Shown piece after piece: positions 8,204 through 17,168 of a DNA stretch of 64,000 nucleotides. A program made the translations under genes and the position numbers. The notes under the pieces were generated by a model. It searched no databases. It saw only the letters and a program-made list of their open reading frames with translations, and was not told the DNA's origin. How positions within the stretch are numbered: position 1 is the first letter of the stretch; every line of letters begins with the position of its first letter. The stretch comes from an uncultured Pseudomonadota bacterium (GTDB lineage: Bacteria > Myxococcota_A > Polyangia > Fen-1088), in assembly GCA_963847705.1 (NCBI GenBank), contig CAWKBC010000032.1:64001-128000 (forward strand), in the 5' to 3' direction.

Positions 8204-10011
8204 GGGTGCTCGGAAAAGGCGGCGTCGGGGTCCTGGGTGCGGTGGCCGTCGCCGGCTTGCTCGGCGCTGGCTGCAAGCCGTCGGCGCCCACCTCGTTCGG
8301 TGTCGACGTCACCGTGAACGCCAAGGCTCTTACCTCTGCCCAGCTTGCAAAAGTGACGACCGGATCGCTCCTGGTCAGCGGCGCGGAGCCGCAGGCGAAG
8401 AGGTTCCCCGTCGGCTCCGCGATCTCCAGCGGCCAGCTCACCTTCCAATACGTCCCCACCGTCACGAGCGGCACCCTGACATTCCAGTTCGAGGCGCTTG
8501 ATGCTTTGGGACACCTCTACGGTTCGGGGACCAGCGGACCGGTCACTCTGATCGCGGGCGCCGCAGTCGCCGTGACCATCACCCTGACCGCCCAGGGGGG
8601 GACCCTGAGCGGTCTCGGCGCCAACTGCACGACCGCCGCCAATTGCGGCAGCGGATTCTGTACCGACAACGTCTGCTGCGAGAACGCCTGCCAGGACACC
8701 TGTGCCTCCTGCGCGCTCGAGAACACCACCGGCCTGTGCGCTGGGTACCCGGCCAACACCGATCCCGAGAGCGAATGCACCGGGTTCTCGATGACGCCCG
8801 GTACGGGTGGAGGCGCCGGCAAAGGTGGAGCCGGCGGTGCGGGCGGCGCCGGCAGGGCGGACGCTGCGGTCGACGGGGGCGGCCCCGACGCCGAGGCCAT
8901 CAATCCGCCCGACGGTGGCATCGTCGCGATGGCCAACAGATGCGGCGGTCTCTGCACCGGCCAGAAAAAGTGCGGCTACGCCTCCTCCGGGACGTCCTGC
9001 GGCAATGCGTTCTGCAACACCCGCAGGGATCTGGCCAGCCTGGTCTGTGACGGCAATGGAACCTGTGGCATCAGCCTTTCGGACTGCACGAATGGTTATG
9101 CCTGCGATCTCACGGCCAACCCGGGCTCTTGTCGGATGACCTGCACCGCCAACACCGATTGCCTCGTCGGCTATTACTGCAATGGCAACAACGAAATGTG
9201 CCAGGCGACCAAGGCGGACGCGCTCACGTGTGCGACGGATGCCGAGTGCAACAGCGGACATTGCGCGACCGGCGTTTGTTGCAACACGGCCTGCGACGCG
9301 CCCAACAGCTGCAACAAACAGGGCTCGGCCGGCAAGTGCCAGTGCTCAAGCACCATGAACTGCGGCGCTGGTGTCGCCTGTCAGACCTTCTACCAGGACG
9401 CCGACGGAGACGGCTACGGCAACAAGAACGGAACGACGGCCGCCGGGACGGCCATGCCCGGCTGCGTCGGCTCACCCCCTGCGGGGTTCGTCGCGGACAA
9501 CACGGACTGCGACGACGGCGACGCCAGCGTCCATCCGGGCCAGACCGGATGGTTCACCGCGGCCAGCAAGGGGATTGGAACCTTCGACTACGACTGTGAC
9601 GGGACCGCGGTGAAGGAGTTCCCGCAATATCCCGGCGCCAGTTGCACGTTCTGCCCCGATGCCTGCACCGCCGGTTGCAGCGCGGCGACCTCCTCGACCT
9701 GCGCCAGCGCAACGGCGCAGGCCTCGCTGGCCTGCAACTCGACGGGGATCTGCCTGTCCACGATTCGCCCTCTCCTCTCGACCGCCGAGACAGAGATCGC
9801 CGAGGCGACCATCGTCTCGCCGATCAAGAACTACAACGGCTGCTGCGGATGTAGCGATCACGGCGGATACACGCAGACGGCGGAGGTCATGTGCGGCCAG
9901 TCGGCCAGCTACACCACCTGCGGGACGTGCGGCAGCAACACCGGAACGACGATCGGGAGCGCCGGCGGAACCGCCAACATGGTCGTCGCCAAGGTCCAGG
10001 CCTGCCACTGA
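8200..10011 (+). CDS. Cys-rich lipoprotein with a MopE-like putative metal-binding motif
   Basis: ATGA overlap with the upstream stop; lipobox LGAG-C; CxSGxCxxxVCC repeats; DADGDGYG and DCDDGDASVHPG. Confidence 0.8.
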   Translation: MRVLGKGGVGVLGAVAVAGLLGAGCKPSAPTSFGVDVTVNAKALTSAQLAKVTTGSLLVSGAEPQAKRFPVGSAISSGQLTFQYVPTVTSGTLTFQFEALDALGHLYGSGTSGPVTLIAGAAVAVTITLTAQGGTLSGLGANCTTAANCGSGFCTDNVCCENACQDTCASCALENTTGLCAGYPANTDPESECTGFSMTPGTGGGAGKGGAGGAGGAGRADAAVDGGGPDAEAINPPDGGIVAMANRCGGLCTGQKKCGYASSGTSCGNAFCNTRRDLASLVCDGNGTCGISLSDCTNGYACDLTANPGSCRMTCTANTDCLVGYYCNGNNEMCQATKADALTCATDAECNSGHCATGVCCNTACDAPNSCNKQGSAGKCQCSSTMNCGAGVACQTFYQDADGDGYGNKNGTTAAGTAMPGCVGSPPAGFVADNTDCDDGDASVHPGQTGWFTAASKGIGTFDYDCDGTAVKEFPQYPGASCTFCPDACTAGCSAATSSTCASATAQASLACNSTGICLSTIRPLLSTAETEIAEATIVSPIKNYNGCCGCSDHGGYTQTAEVMCGQSASYTTCGTCGSNTGTTIGSAGGTANMVVAKVQACH

Positions 10012-10065
10012 TCGTCAGGAGGGCGTTCCGTCGCTGTCGCCTGGGGCGGAGGCGCTGGCCGGCGC

Positions 10066-11088
10066 TTACTGGTCGAGAGTAGACGGCGCCGAGAAGGTCA
10101 GGCTGGGGATGGCGGAGGTGCAGGACCCGACGACCGTCGAAGCACCACTGGTCTGGTCGATGGTCACCTGCTGAAAGGTCGCGTTGGTGAGGGTCCCGGC
10201 AATCGTTCCCGTCCCGGTCCCGGCAGGAGCAACCGACGTGAGAGTCAGCGTCCCGCCGTTCGCGAGATAGGTCGCTTCCTCGCCGGTGACCATCTGATTC
10301 GTTACCGTCGTGGCAACGTAGAGAAGGATACAGATGGTGCAGGTCTCAGCCTGACCATCGGCTGCGGTCAACGTATAAGTTCCCGTCGTGATGTTCCCTG
10401 GGAAGTGCCCCTGGTTCGACGCCATCACGATCTGGAGCACATCTGGCATCGCCCCTTGGTTCAAGCCTCCGGAAACGGCCTCTTCGTAGTATGAGGTCGA
10501 TCCGCTCGTGATCGGCTGGGTCGTCTGGCCGTCGGCTCCCAGGAGCGTCGTTTGAGAGTAACTGGATGGAGCCAAACAAGCGGCGCCCCCGCTGCCGGCC
10601 GCGCCGCTTACACCGGCGACGCCCGTCGTTCCGGCCGCGCCGGTCGTTCCCGCGGCGCCCGCCGTCCCGGCGGCACCAGATTTGCCCGCGCCGCCCCCGG
10701 TCCCGCTTCCCCCGGTTGCGCCTGCCGCTCCCGTCGCACCGGCGAATCCCGTCGTTCCTGCCGCGCCCGTCGTCCCGGCGCCGCCCGTCGTCCCAGCGCC
10801 GCCAGTTGTCCCGGCGGCGCCCGTCGTCCCGGCGGCCCCCGTTGTTCCCGCGGCTCCCGTCTTCCCGCCCGCTCCGCCCGAGGCCGGTGTGCCTGCCGTC
10901 CCTCCGGTTCCCTCGCTGACGCAGACGTCGCTCAAGCAGACGAGGCCGGCGTTGCACGTCCCGTTCGCGTAGCAACTCTGCCGCACACCACCCTGGCCGC
11001 CCGAGCCTCCACCACAGCCCGCAGCCAGCAAGGCAAGCAAGAGAGCGGTCCCGGGTTCCCTGCGGAGGCGACGAAGCGAAGCGTTCAT
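10066..11088 (-). CDS. Lipoprotein with Gly/Ala/Thr hexapeptide-repeat linker
   Basis: Lipobox LAAG-C; small Cys knot (CYANGTCNAGLVCLSDVC); tandem GAAGTT/GGAGTT repeats; beta-rich C-terminal domain. Confidence 0.75.
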   Translation of the reverse strand: MNASLRRLRREPGTALLLALLAAGCGGGSGGQGGVRQSCYANGTCNAGLVCLSDVCVSEGTGGTAGTPASGGAGGKTGAAGTTGAAGTTGAAGTTGGAGTTGGAGTTGAAGTTGFAGATGAAGATGGSGTGGGAGKSGAAGTAGAAGTTGAAGTTGVAGVSGAAGSGGAACLAPSSYSQTTLLGADGQTTQPITSGSTSYYEEAVSGGLNQGAMPDVLQIVMASNQGHFPGNITTGTYTLTAADGQAETCTICILLYVATTVTNQMVTGEEATYLANGGTLTLTSVAPAGTGTGTIAGTLTNATFQQVTIDQTSGASTVVGSCTSAIPSLTFSAPSTLDQ

Positions 11089-11125
11089 CACGCGATGTTT
11101 GCCGGCGATCGGCCCACTTTGCAAG

Positions 11126-12974
11126 TCAGACGTTGCGCGCAAACAGCAGCGCGACGCCGGGTGGCAACGACATCACCGCGCCGAGCTCGAAGCGCAGCGC
11201 CGCCGGGTCTCCGCTGGTCGAGAGCATCGGCTCCCAGCCCGGGCCTTCCGGCAGTTGAATCGACGCCGCCTGCTCTCCCAGGTTGGCGGCGGTGAACGTG
11301 GCCGCGCCGCTGGGGTCGCCGCGCTCGATGGTCAGCCAGCGGCCTGCCTCGTCGGCGCTGACGCGGGTGAGATCCTTGCGCCCGTTGTGCAGCGGCGCCA
11401 GCCGGCGGCGCAACGCGATCAAGGCGCGGTAGAACGCCAGCATCTCGGCGTGCGGCGGGCGCGAGAGCGATTCCCAGCGCAGCTTCGCGCGCTGGAACGT
11501 CTCCTCCGCCTGCGGATCGGCCCAGCTCCCGGCGTCCGCGCCCTCTTCCAGAAGATGGAGGTACTCTTGATGCCGCCCCTGACGGACCGCCTCGGCCAGC
11601 GCCGGATCGCCGTGGCTGGTGAAGTAATCGAACGGGGCCTCTTCGCCGTACTCCTCGCCCTGGAACAGCAGCGGCAGCGCCGGGGTCGAGAACAGCACCA
11701 TCGCCGCCACCTTCTGCCGTTCCGGGCCGATCAGCTGACCGAGGCGGCGCCCCTGGCAGGCGTTGGCGATCTGATCGTGGTTCTGGTTGAACGCCACGAA
11801 CCGTTCGCCCGGCTGGCTGGCCGACGGGGCGCCGTGGCGCCGCCGCCGGAACGCCGACGGCCGTCCGTCGTAGACGAAGCCGTCCGAGATCGCCTTGGCC
11901 AGATCGGCGGCGCGACCGAAGTCGACGAAGTAGCCGCGCCGATTGCCGGTGGCGACCGCGTGCTGCGCGTGGTGAAAGTCGTCGCTCCACTGCGCGTCGA
12001 GGCCCAGGCCCCCGGCCGCGGACGGCTGGATGACGCGCGGATCGTTCGAGATCGCTCTCGGCCACCAGCCAGGCGCGGCGCCCCAGCCGCTCGGCCTCGG
12101 CGTGAAACGCGTCGGAGATCTCGCCGAGAAGGTGGCGGGGGCCGAGGTCGAAGATGCCGTGGATGGCGTCGAGGCGCAGCCCGTCGACGTGATAATCGGT
12201 CAGCCAATGGAGCGCGTTGTCGACGAAGAAGCGGCGCACCTCGTCGCTGTCGGGCCCGTCGAAGTTGAGCGCCGCGCCCCAGGGGGTCCTGTAGCGATCG
12301 GTGAAGTACGGGCCGAAGTCCTGGAGGTAGTTCCCCTCCGGTCCGAGGTGGTTGTAGACGACGTCGAGAAAGAGAGCCAGCCCATGCGCGTGGCAGGCAT
12401 CCACCAGGCGGCGCAGCCCCTCGGGCCCTCCGTAGCTCTCGTGGGGGGCGAACAGGGAGGCGCCGTCGTAGCCCCAGTTGCGATCGCCGGGGAAGGTCAC
12501 CACCGGCATCAGCTCGATCGCCGTGACGCCGAGCTCGCGCAGGTAGGGGAGCCTGGCGGCGACGCCGGCGAATGTTCCCTCGGGCGAGAAGGTCCCCACG
12601 TGCAGCTCGTAGAAGATGAGCTCGCCGAGCGGCAGGCCGCGCCACCCGCCGTCGCGCCAGCGAAAGTCGTCGGTCGCGACGATGCGTGACCGACCGTGCA
12701 CGCCGGCCGGCTGTCGGCGGGAGACCGGGTCCGGGCGGGGACCGAGGCCTGGCAGCAGAAAGACGTAGTCGCTGCCGACCGGGGCCAGAGCGGCGGGGGC
12801 GCGCGCGGTGAAGACCCCCTCTGCGTCGCGCGTCATCGGCAGCTCGGCGCGGACCTGGTCTCCGTCGGGAGCGAGCAGACGCACGGCCAGCGCCCCGGCG
12901 CGCGGAGCCCAGATGGAGAAGGTGACCGTTCCGTCGGAGGCGACCGTGGCGCCCCAATCGAGTTGCCAGCTCAT
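11126..12974 (-). pseudogene. treZ: Malto-oligosyltrehalose trehalohydrolase (GH13) with a single +1 frameshift near 12047 (pseudogene or assembly error)
   Basis: YELHVGTF, NWGYDG, DVVYNHLGPEGNYL, GLRLDAIH and AESDL in one frame; NDPRVI..DAQWSDDFHH, QNHDQIAN and LFQGEEYG continue in another frame (GAT CTC g AAC GAT). Confidence 0.88.
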
Positions 12975-13003
12975 CCCCAGAGGATAATGCCGGCCCGGCC
13001 GGA

Positions 13004-14536
13004 TCACATCGTCGGCGAGCCGGCGTCGGGCGAAGGCTGGCCGACGACCGGGCCAGCGTCCACGGTCGGGCAGCCGTCGTCGACGAGACCGTTGCAATCG
13101 TCGTCGATCCCGTTGCCACAGATCTCGGGCGCGCCGGGGTGAACCGCCGCGTTCTGGTCGTTGCAGTCGTTGCACCAGGGCGTTCCGTCCCCGTCGGCAT
13201 CGGTCACGTCGCCGCTGCCGTCCTCGCAGCCGAGGAACTTGCCGACGAAGGCCGCCCGGTCGCTCACCTCTTGCCGCATCCCCGCGACGGCCTCGTTGTG
13301 GTCCTCGACGGAGACGACCTTGTGGGGATCGGCCGCCACGGCAGAGGCGATCTGGGCGGACCAGGCGTCAACCCAGCCTTGAATCTTCGCCACGTCCCAC
13401 AGGGGGAGCATCGCCCGGATCTCGGCGACGTAGTTGGCCCGCCAGGTCGGATCGTTCATGACGATCAGGTAGTGCTGCCCTGGCTTCTGGAGCGTGGAGC
13501 GGGTGATCCACCAGTAGATCGGGTTGGCGTCGCTCTGGCCGAGCCAATCGAAGCTGGCGTCGGCGTCGTGGATGAGCCACTGATACCCTTTGCCGGGGTA
13601 GTCATAGAGATAAAAGTTGTGACTGCCGCCGTAGTAGCCGTCGGCGTCGTTGATCAGCATCTCCGCCGACCACTCGGCGATGGCCTCGTTCATGTCGACC
13701 AGCGCCGACATCGAGGCGATGTCGTGGGAGTCCCAGAACGCTTGCAGCCGCGTGAGGTCGGGGTCGAGCGTGTTGGTCTCCGGCGTCTCGCCCCCCTTGA
13801 AGAGATCGCCTCCGGAGTCTCCGGGGTAGATGCGCTTCAAGTAGTCATGGCCGGCGTGCTCTTCGTTGCTGTAGAGACCGTAGAGCGCGCCGTTGATGGT
13901 GATGGTCCCATTGTTGGCGCAGGGGGCCGGTCGTCCCAGCATCGCCGGCAGGACGTTGTAGGCCAGCCGCTCCTGCAGGAAGGTATCGTCGTCGCGCGGC
14001 ATGTCGAGCACGATCTTGCTGACGCCGTGAAACTTGGCGTCGGTGTTCACCTGATCGAACGCGATCACGAACTGCATCTTGGCGTTCGCGCCGTCGAGCG
14101 CGACGGCGTGCCGCCAGGACGACTGCCCCTTGAGGCGAATCATCGCGTCGCTGACCGTCTCGCTGCCGTAGTGAAAGACGATCGGATGGTAGGTGTCGTA
14201 GGGCTGGCCGGCAGCCCCGAGCGCGGCGTAGTTGAAGAACTCGTACGACATCTTGGACCAGTCGTCGGAGGTCATCTCAACCTGGTAGTCGGTCACCTGG
14301 GTGGGGTCGAAGAGGTCGGCGCAGGCGAGCGGTCCGCCGACCCCCGCGGCGCCGTCCGGCGCGCCGGCCGCTCCACCGTCGGCGCCCCCCGCAGCGCTCC
14401 CCGCGTTCGGGCCGCCGGCATCGGCCCCAAGCCGAGCCACCCCGCTGTGCGAGATCTCCGTGTTGTCTCCGCACCCCGCGATCACCACCCAGGTGACCAT
14501 CCCACACCACACGCTCAACTCCGCCACCCTACGCAT
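13004..14536 (-). CDS. CotH kinase family lipoprotein with C-terminal MopE-like motif
   Basis: Lipobox IAG-C; IRLKGQSS, ERLAY, YGLYSNEEH, HNFYLY, HDADASF; terminal DCNDQNAAVHPGAPEICGNGIDDDCNG. Confidence 0.8.
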   Translation of the reverse strand: MRRVAELSVWCGMVTWVVIAGCGDNTEISHSGVARLGADAGGPNAGSAAGGADGGAAGAPDGAAGVGGPLACADLFDPTQVTDYQVEMTSDDWSKMSYEFFNYAALGAAGQPYDTYHPIVFHYGSETVSDAMIRLKGQSSWRHAVALDGANAKMQFVIAFDQVNTDAKFHGVSKIVLDMPRDDDTFLQERLAYNVLPAMLGRPAPCANNGTITINGALYGLYSNEEHAGHDYLKRIYPGDSGGDLFKGGETPETNTLDPDLTRLQAFWDSHDIASMSALVDMNEAIAEWSAEMLINDADGYYGGSHNFYLYDYPGKGYQWLIHDADASFDWLGQSDANPIYWWITRSTLQKPGQHYLIVMNDPTWRANYVAEIRAMLPLWDVAKIQGWVDAWSAQIASAVAADPHKVVSVEDHNEAVAGMRQEVSDRAAFVGKFLGCEDGSGDVTDADGDGTPWCNDCNDQNAAVHPGAPEICGNGIDDDCNGLVDDGCPTVDAGPVVGQPSPDAGSPTM

Positions 14537-14750
14537 GAGCCACCTCGAAGAAAATGGATCCTCTGTCGACAGCAACGGACCTAGAGCAACGCACGCGCCA
14601 GTCGCTCCGGGTGATCTCCGGCTGCAACGATCCTGTTTCCGTAACGTCACAATCGGCGCGGGTGACAATTCGCGAGGCGCAGGGAAGTCGTCGCCTGCGC
14701 TCACCGGCGGAAACGCGCGCGGCACGATCCTTGGATTGGACGCCGACGAG

Positions 14751-16391
14751 ATGTCGACGCAACACGATCGGTTCGTCTTGGTGGTTTTGAGCGGGCTCAC
14801 GCTCTTCGGCGCGGCTTGTCGGTCAGATCCCGACGGATCCACGACTGGCTCCGTGAAACCCTCCGCGGACGGCGGGCTGGCCACGGACGACGGCGGCAAT
14901 CTGCTCGACGCCGGCCCGCTGCCCCCGCTGATCGACAACGCCGCGGTCTACGCGCCGGGAGACTTCGACGTCGTGACGGTCAACCTGACCGTGCCTGACG
15001 CGGCGATGCTGGCCACCATCGAGAGCACGATGTCGAACGACCAGACCCCGGCGGTGTTCAGCGCGCCCGACTATGCCTCGGACGGAGCGACGCCGAACGC
15101 CCAGCTTCAGCTTCACGGCAGCACCAGCCGCATGGCGATCCAGAAGTCGTACCAAGTTCACCTCACCAAGACCGGCCCCGCCTGGCGCGGCTCGCACACC
15201 ATCAACCTGCTCAAGCATCCGTTCGACCTCACCCGCGTGCGCAGCAGCATCAGCTTCGACGAGTTTCGGGCGATCTCCGACTTCACCAGCCTGCAACAGG
15301 GGTGGGTGCATCTGGTCATCAACGGCGTCGACCACGGGCTCTACCAGTGGCTTGAGGAGCCGGACACCGACTTCCTCACCGCGCATGGGCTCGATCCCCA
15401 GGGGACGGTCTACAAGTCCGAGACGTTCGCCTTTCAGCCCATCGATCCCGCCGTGGCGGCCGATCCGACACAATTCGCCCTGCTGGTGGAGGGGAAAGGG
15501 ACGCCGGCCGTCGGCAAGCTTCAGCAGATGGCCGCCGCGGTCAACGACATGACCCAGGACATCAACGACGTCATCGCCAAGTACTTCAACCGCGCCAATT
15601 ACATCACCTGGCTGGCGGTCAACATGCTGATGACCAACTACGACACCAACACCCAGAACTTCATCCTCTACAGCCCCTCCAACTACGAGGGATGGTACTT
15701 CTTGCCCTGGGACTACGACGGGGCCTGGGACTGGTACAGCCAGCCAGGCGAGTTCACCCTCCCCCGCTACCGCCAGGGGCTCTCCAACTGGTGGTCGGTC
15801 AAGCTGCATGCGCGCTTCCTCTCCGATCCCAAGAACCTCGCCGACGTGGACGAGCGCATCGAGGTGCTCTCCTCGACGATCAGCGACAGCGCGACCGCCT
15901 CCGCGATGGCCAAGTATCACGATCTGGTCCAGTCGTTCATCAGCGTCGAGCCCGACCTCGACAATCTCCCTTGCGCCGACGGCGGCACGCCGCAAGCGGT
16001 CGTCGACTGGCAGACGGAGTACACCCGCGTCGGCAGCGCAGCCAGCGCCGCCTTCGCCACCTACGCCGCGACGCTGGATCGCCCGATGCCGTTTTACCTG
16101 TACACGCCGGCCTTCGACGATCCGAGCAACCCCAGCTCGGTGACGCTCTCCTGGGGGGCGTCGTTCCAGCTGCACCAGATGCCGTTCACCTATGACCTCG
16201 ACGTCAACACCATCTCGACGTTCGATCCGACGGGCGCCGTCCTGTCGCAGACGGGCCTCACCGACACGCAGGCGACCGTCACGACGCTGCCCGCGGGCCA
16301 CTACTTCTGGCGCGTGACCGCGCGCGTGTCGAGCGATCCGGACGACGACTGGCAGTCGGACTACCAAGACCAGACCGTCGACATTCCTTAG
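14751..16391 (+). CDS. CotH kinase family lipoprotein with C-terminal Fn3-like domain
   Basis: Lipobox GAA-C; LHGSTSR..QKSY, HGLYQWLEEPD, QNFILY, FLPWDYDGAW; terminal VTLSW...YFWRVTA Fn3-like pattern. Confidence 0.82.
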   Translation: MSTQHDRFVLVVLSGLTLFGAACRSDPDGSTTGSVKPSADGGLATDDGGNLLDAGPLPPLIDNAAVYAPGDFDVVTVNLTVPDAAMLATIESTMSNDQTPAVFSAPDYASDGATPNAQLQLHGSTSRMAIQKSYQVHLTKTGPAWRGSHTINLLKHPFDLTRVRSSISFDEFRAISDFTSLQQGWVHLVINGVDHGLYQWLEEPDTDFLTAHGLDPQGTVYKSETFAFQPIDPAVAADPTQFALLVEGKGTPAVGKLQQMAAAVNDMTQDINDVIAKYFNRANYITWLAVNMLMTNYDTNTQNFILYSPSNYEGWYFLPWDYDGAWDWYSQPGEFTLPRYRQGLSNWWSVKLHARFLSDPKNLADVDERIEVLSSTISDSATASAMAKYHDLVQSFISVEPDLDNLPCADGGTPQAVVDWQTEYTRVGSAASAAFATYAATLDRPMPFYLYTPAFDDPSNPSSVTLSWGASFQLHQMPFTYDLDVNTISTFDPTGAVLSQTGLTDTQATVTTLPAGHYFWRVTARVSSDPDDDWQSDYQDQTVDIP

Positions 16392-16441
16392 CGTTCGCCA
16401 CCGTTCTGGACGTGAGGGCGCGGGTCAGCGAAGCTCCAGGG

Positions 16442-17114
16442 GTGAGCAAGGGACCCGCTGCGTTCCCTCGTCACGTTCCGCCCCACGCCCACGGGCGGCT
16501 GGCCACCGCCTCGGTGCTGGGGGTGGCGACCGCGTTGCTGATTCCAGCCCGGCTGGGCCTGGCCCTCCGCCTCCTGGCCGCCTGGGACGTCGCCGCGCTG
16601 GTGATGGCCTCCTTCGCCTGGATGATCATCCTGCATGCCGGCCCCCACGAGACCCACAAGCACGCCGGCGCCCACGATCCCGGCCGGCGCGCGGTCAGCG
16701 TCCTGGTGATCCTCACCAGCTGCGTCTCGTTGCTCGCCACCGCCGTCATCCTCCGTCAGGCGCGCGCGCAGGCGCCCGAGGTCCGTGACCTCTTCGTCGT
16801 GCTCTGCGTCCTGGCGGTCGCCAGCGCCTGGCTCCTCACCCACAGCGCCTACGCCCTCCGCTACGCGCACCTCTACTACCGCGACGACGACGAGGGGGTC
16901 GGCGGCCTCACCTTCCCCGGCGACGCCGCCCCCTGCTACCTCGACTTCGCCTACTTCGCCTTCACCATCGGCATGTGCTTCCAGGTCTCCGACGTCTCGG
17001 TCCCGAGCCGCCAGAATCCGCCGCGCCGTCCTCGGCCACAGCGTGCTGTCCTTTCTCTACAACACCGCGATCCTGGCGACGGCGATCAACCTGGCGGTGG
17101 GTGTGTTCAATTAG
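16442..17114 (+). pseudogene. DUF1345-family membrane protein with a +1 frameshift near 17014 (pseudogene or assembly error)
   Basis: YALRYAHLYY, FPG..P.YLDFAYFAFTIGMCFQVSDV; after CGC CAG a ATC the expected IRRAVLGHSVLSFLYNTAILATAIN continues in the next frame. Confidence 0.82.
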
Positions 17115-17115
17115 A

Positions 17116-17165
17116 CTCCCGCGATGAGCTCCAGCCGGCGAAGCCGGCCAGCGCTCGACGCGATC
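17116..17165. repeat. Dispersed palindromic repeat, module B only (diverged copy)
   Basis: CTCCCGCGATGAGCTCCAGCCGGCGAAGCCGGCCAGCGCTCGACGCGATC; same ends (CTCCCGCGA...GACGCGATC) and hairpin layout as copies at 27.2, 47.5 and 62.0 kb; starts 2 nt after a TAG stop. Confidence 0.65.
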
Positions 17166-17168
17166 AGC

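Noticed and set aside
12040-12055. Programmed ribosomal frameshift in treZ or DUF1345
   Set aside because: No slippery heptamer or clear stimulatory structure; an indel error is simpler.
11088-13175. 695-aa ORF as a TreZ with a novel C-terminus
   Set aside because: The C-terminal part is out-of-frame sequence after the frameshift near 12047; the true TreZ C-terminus is in the adjacent frame.
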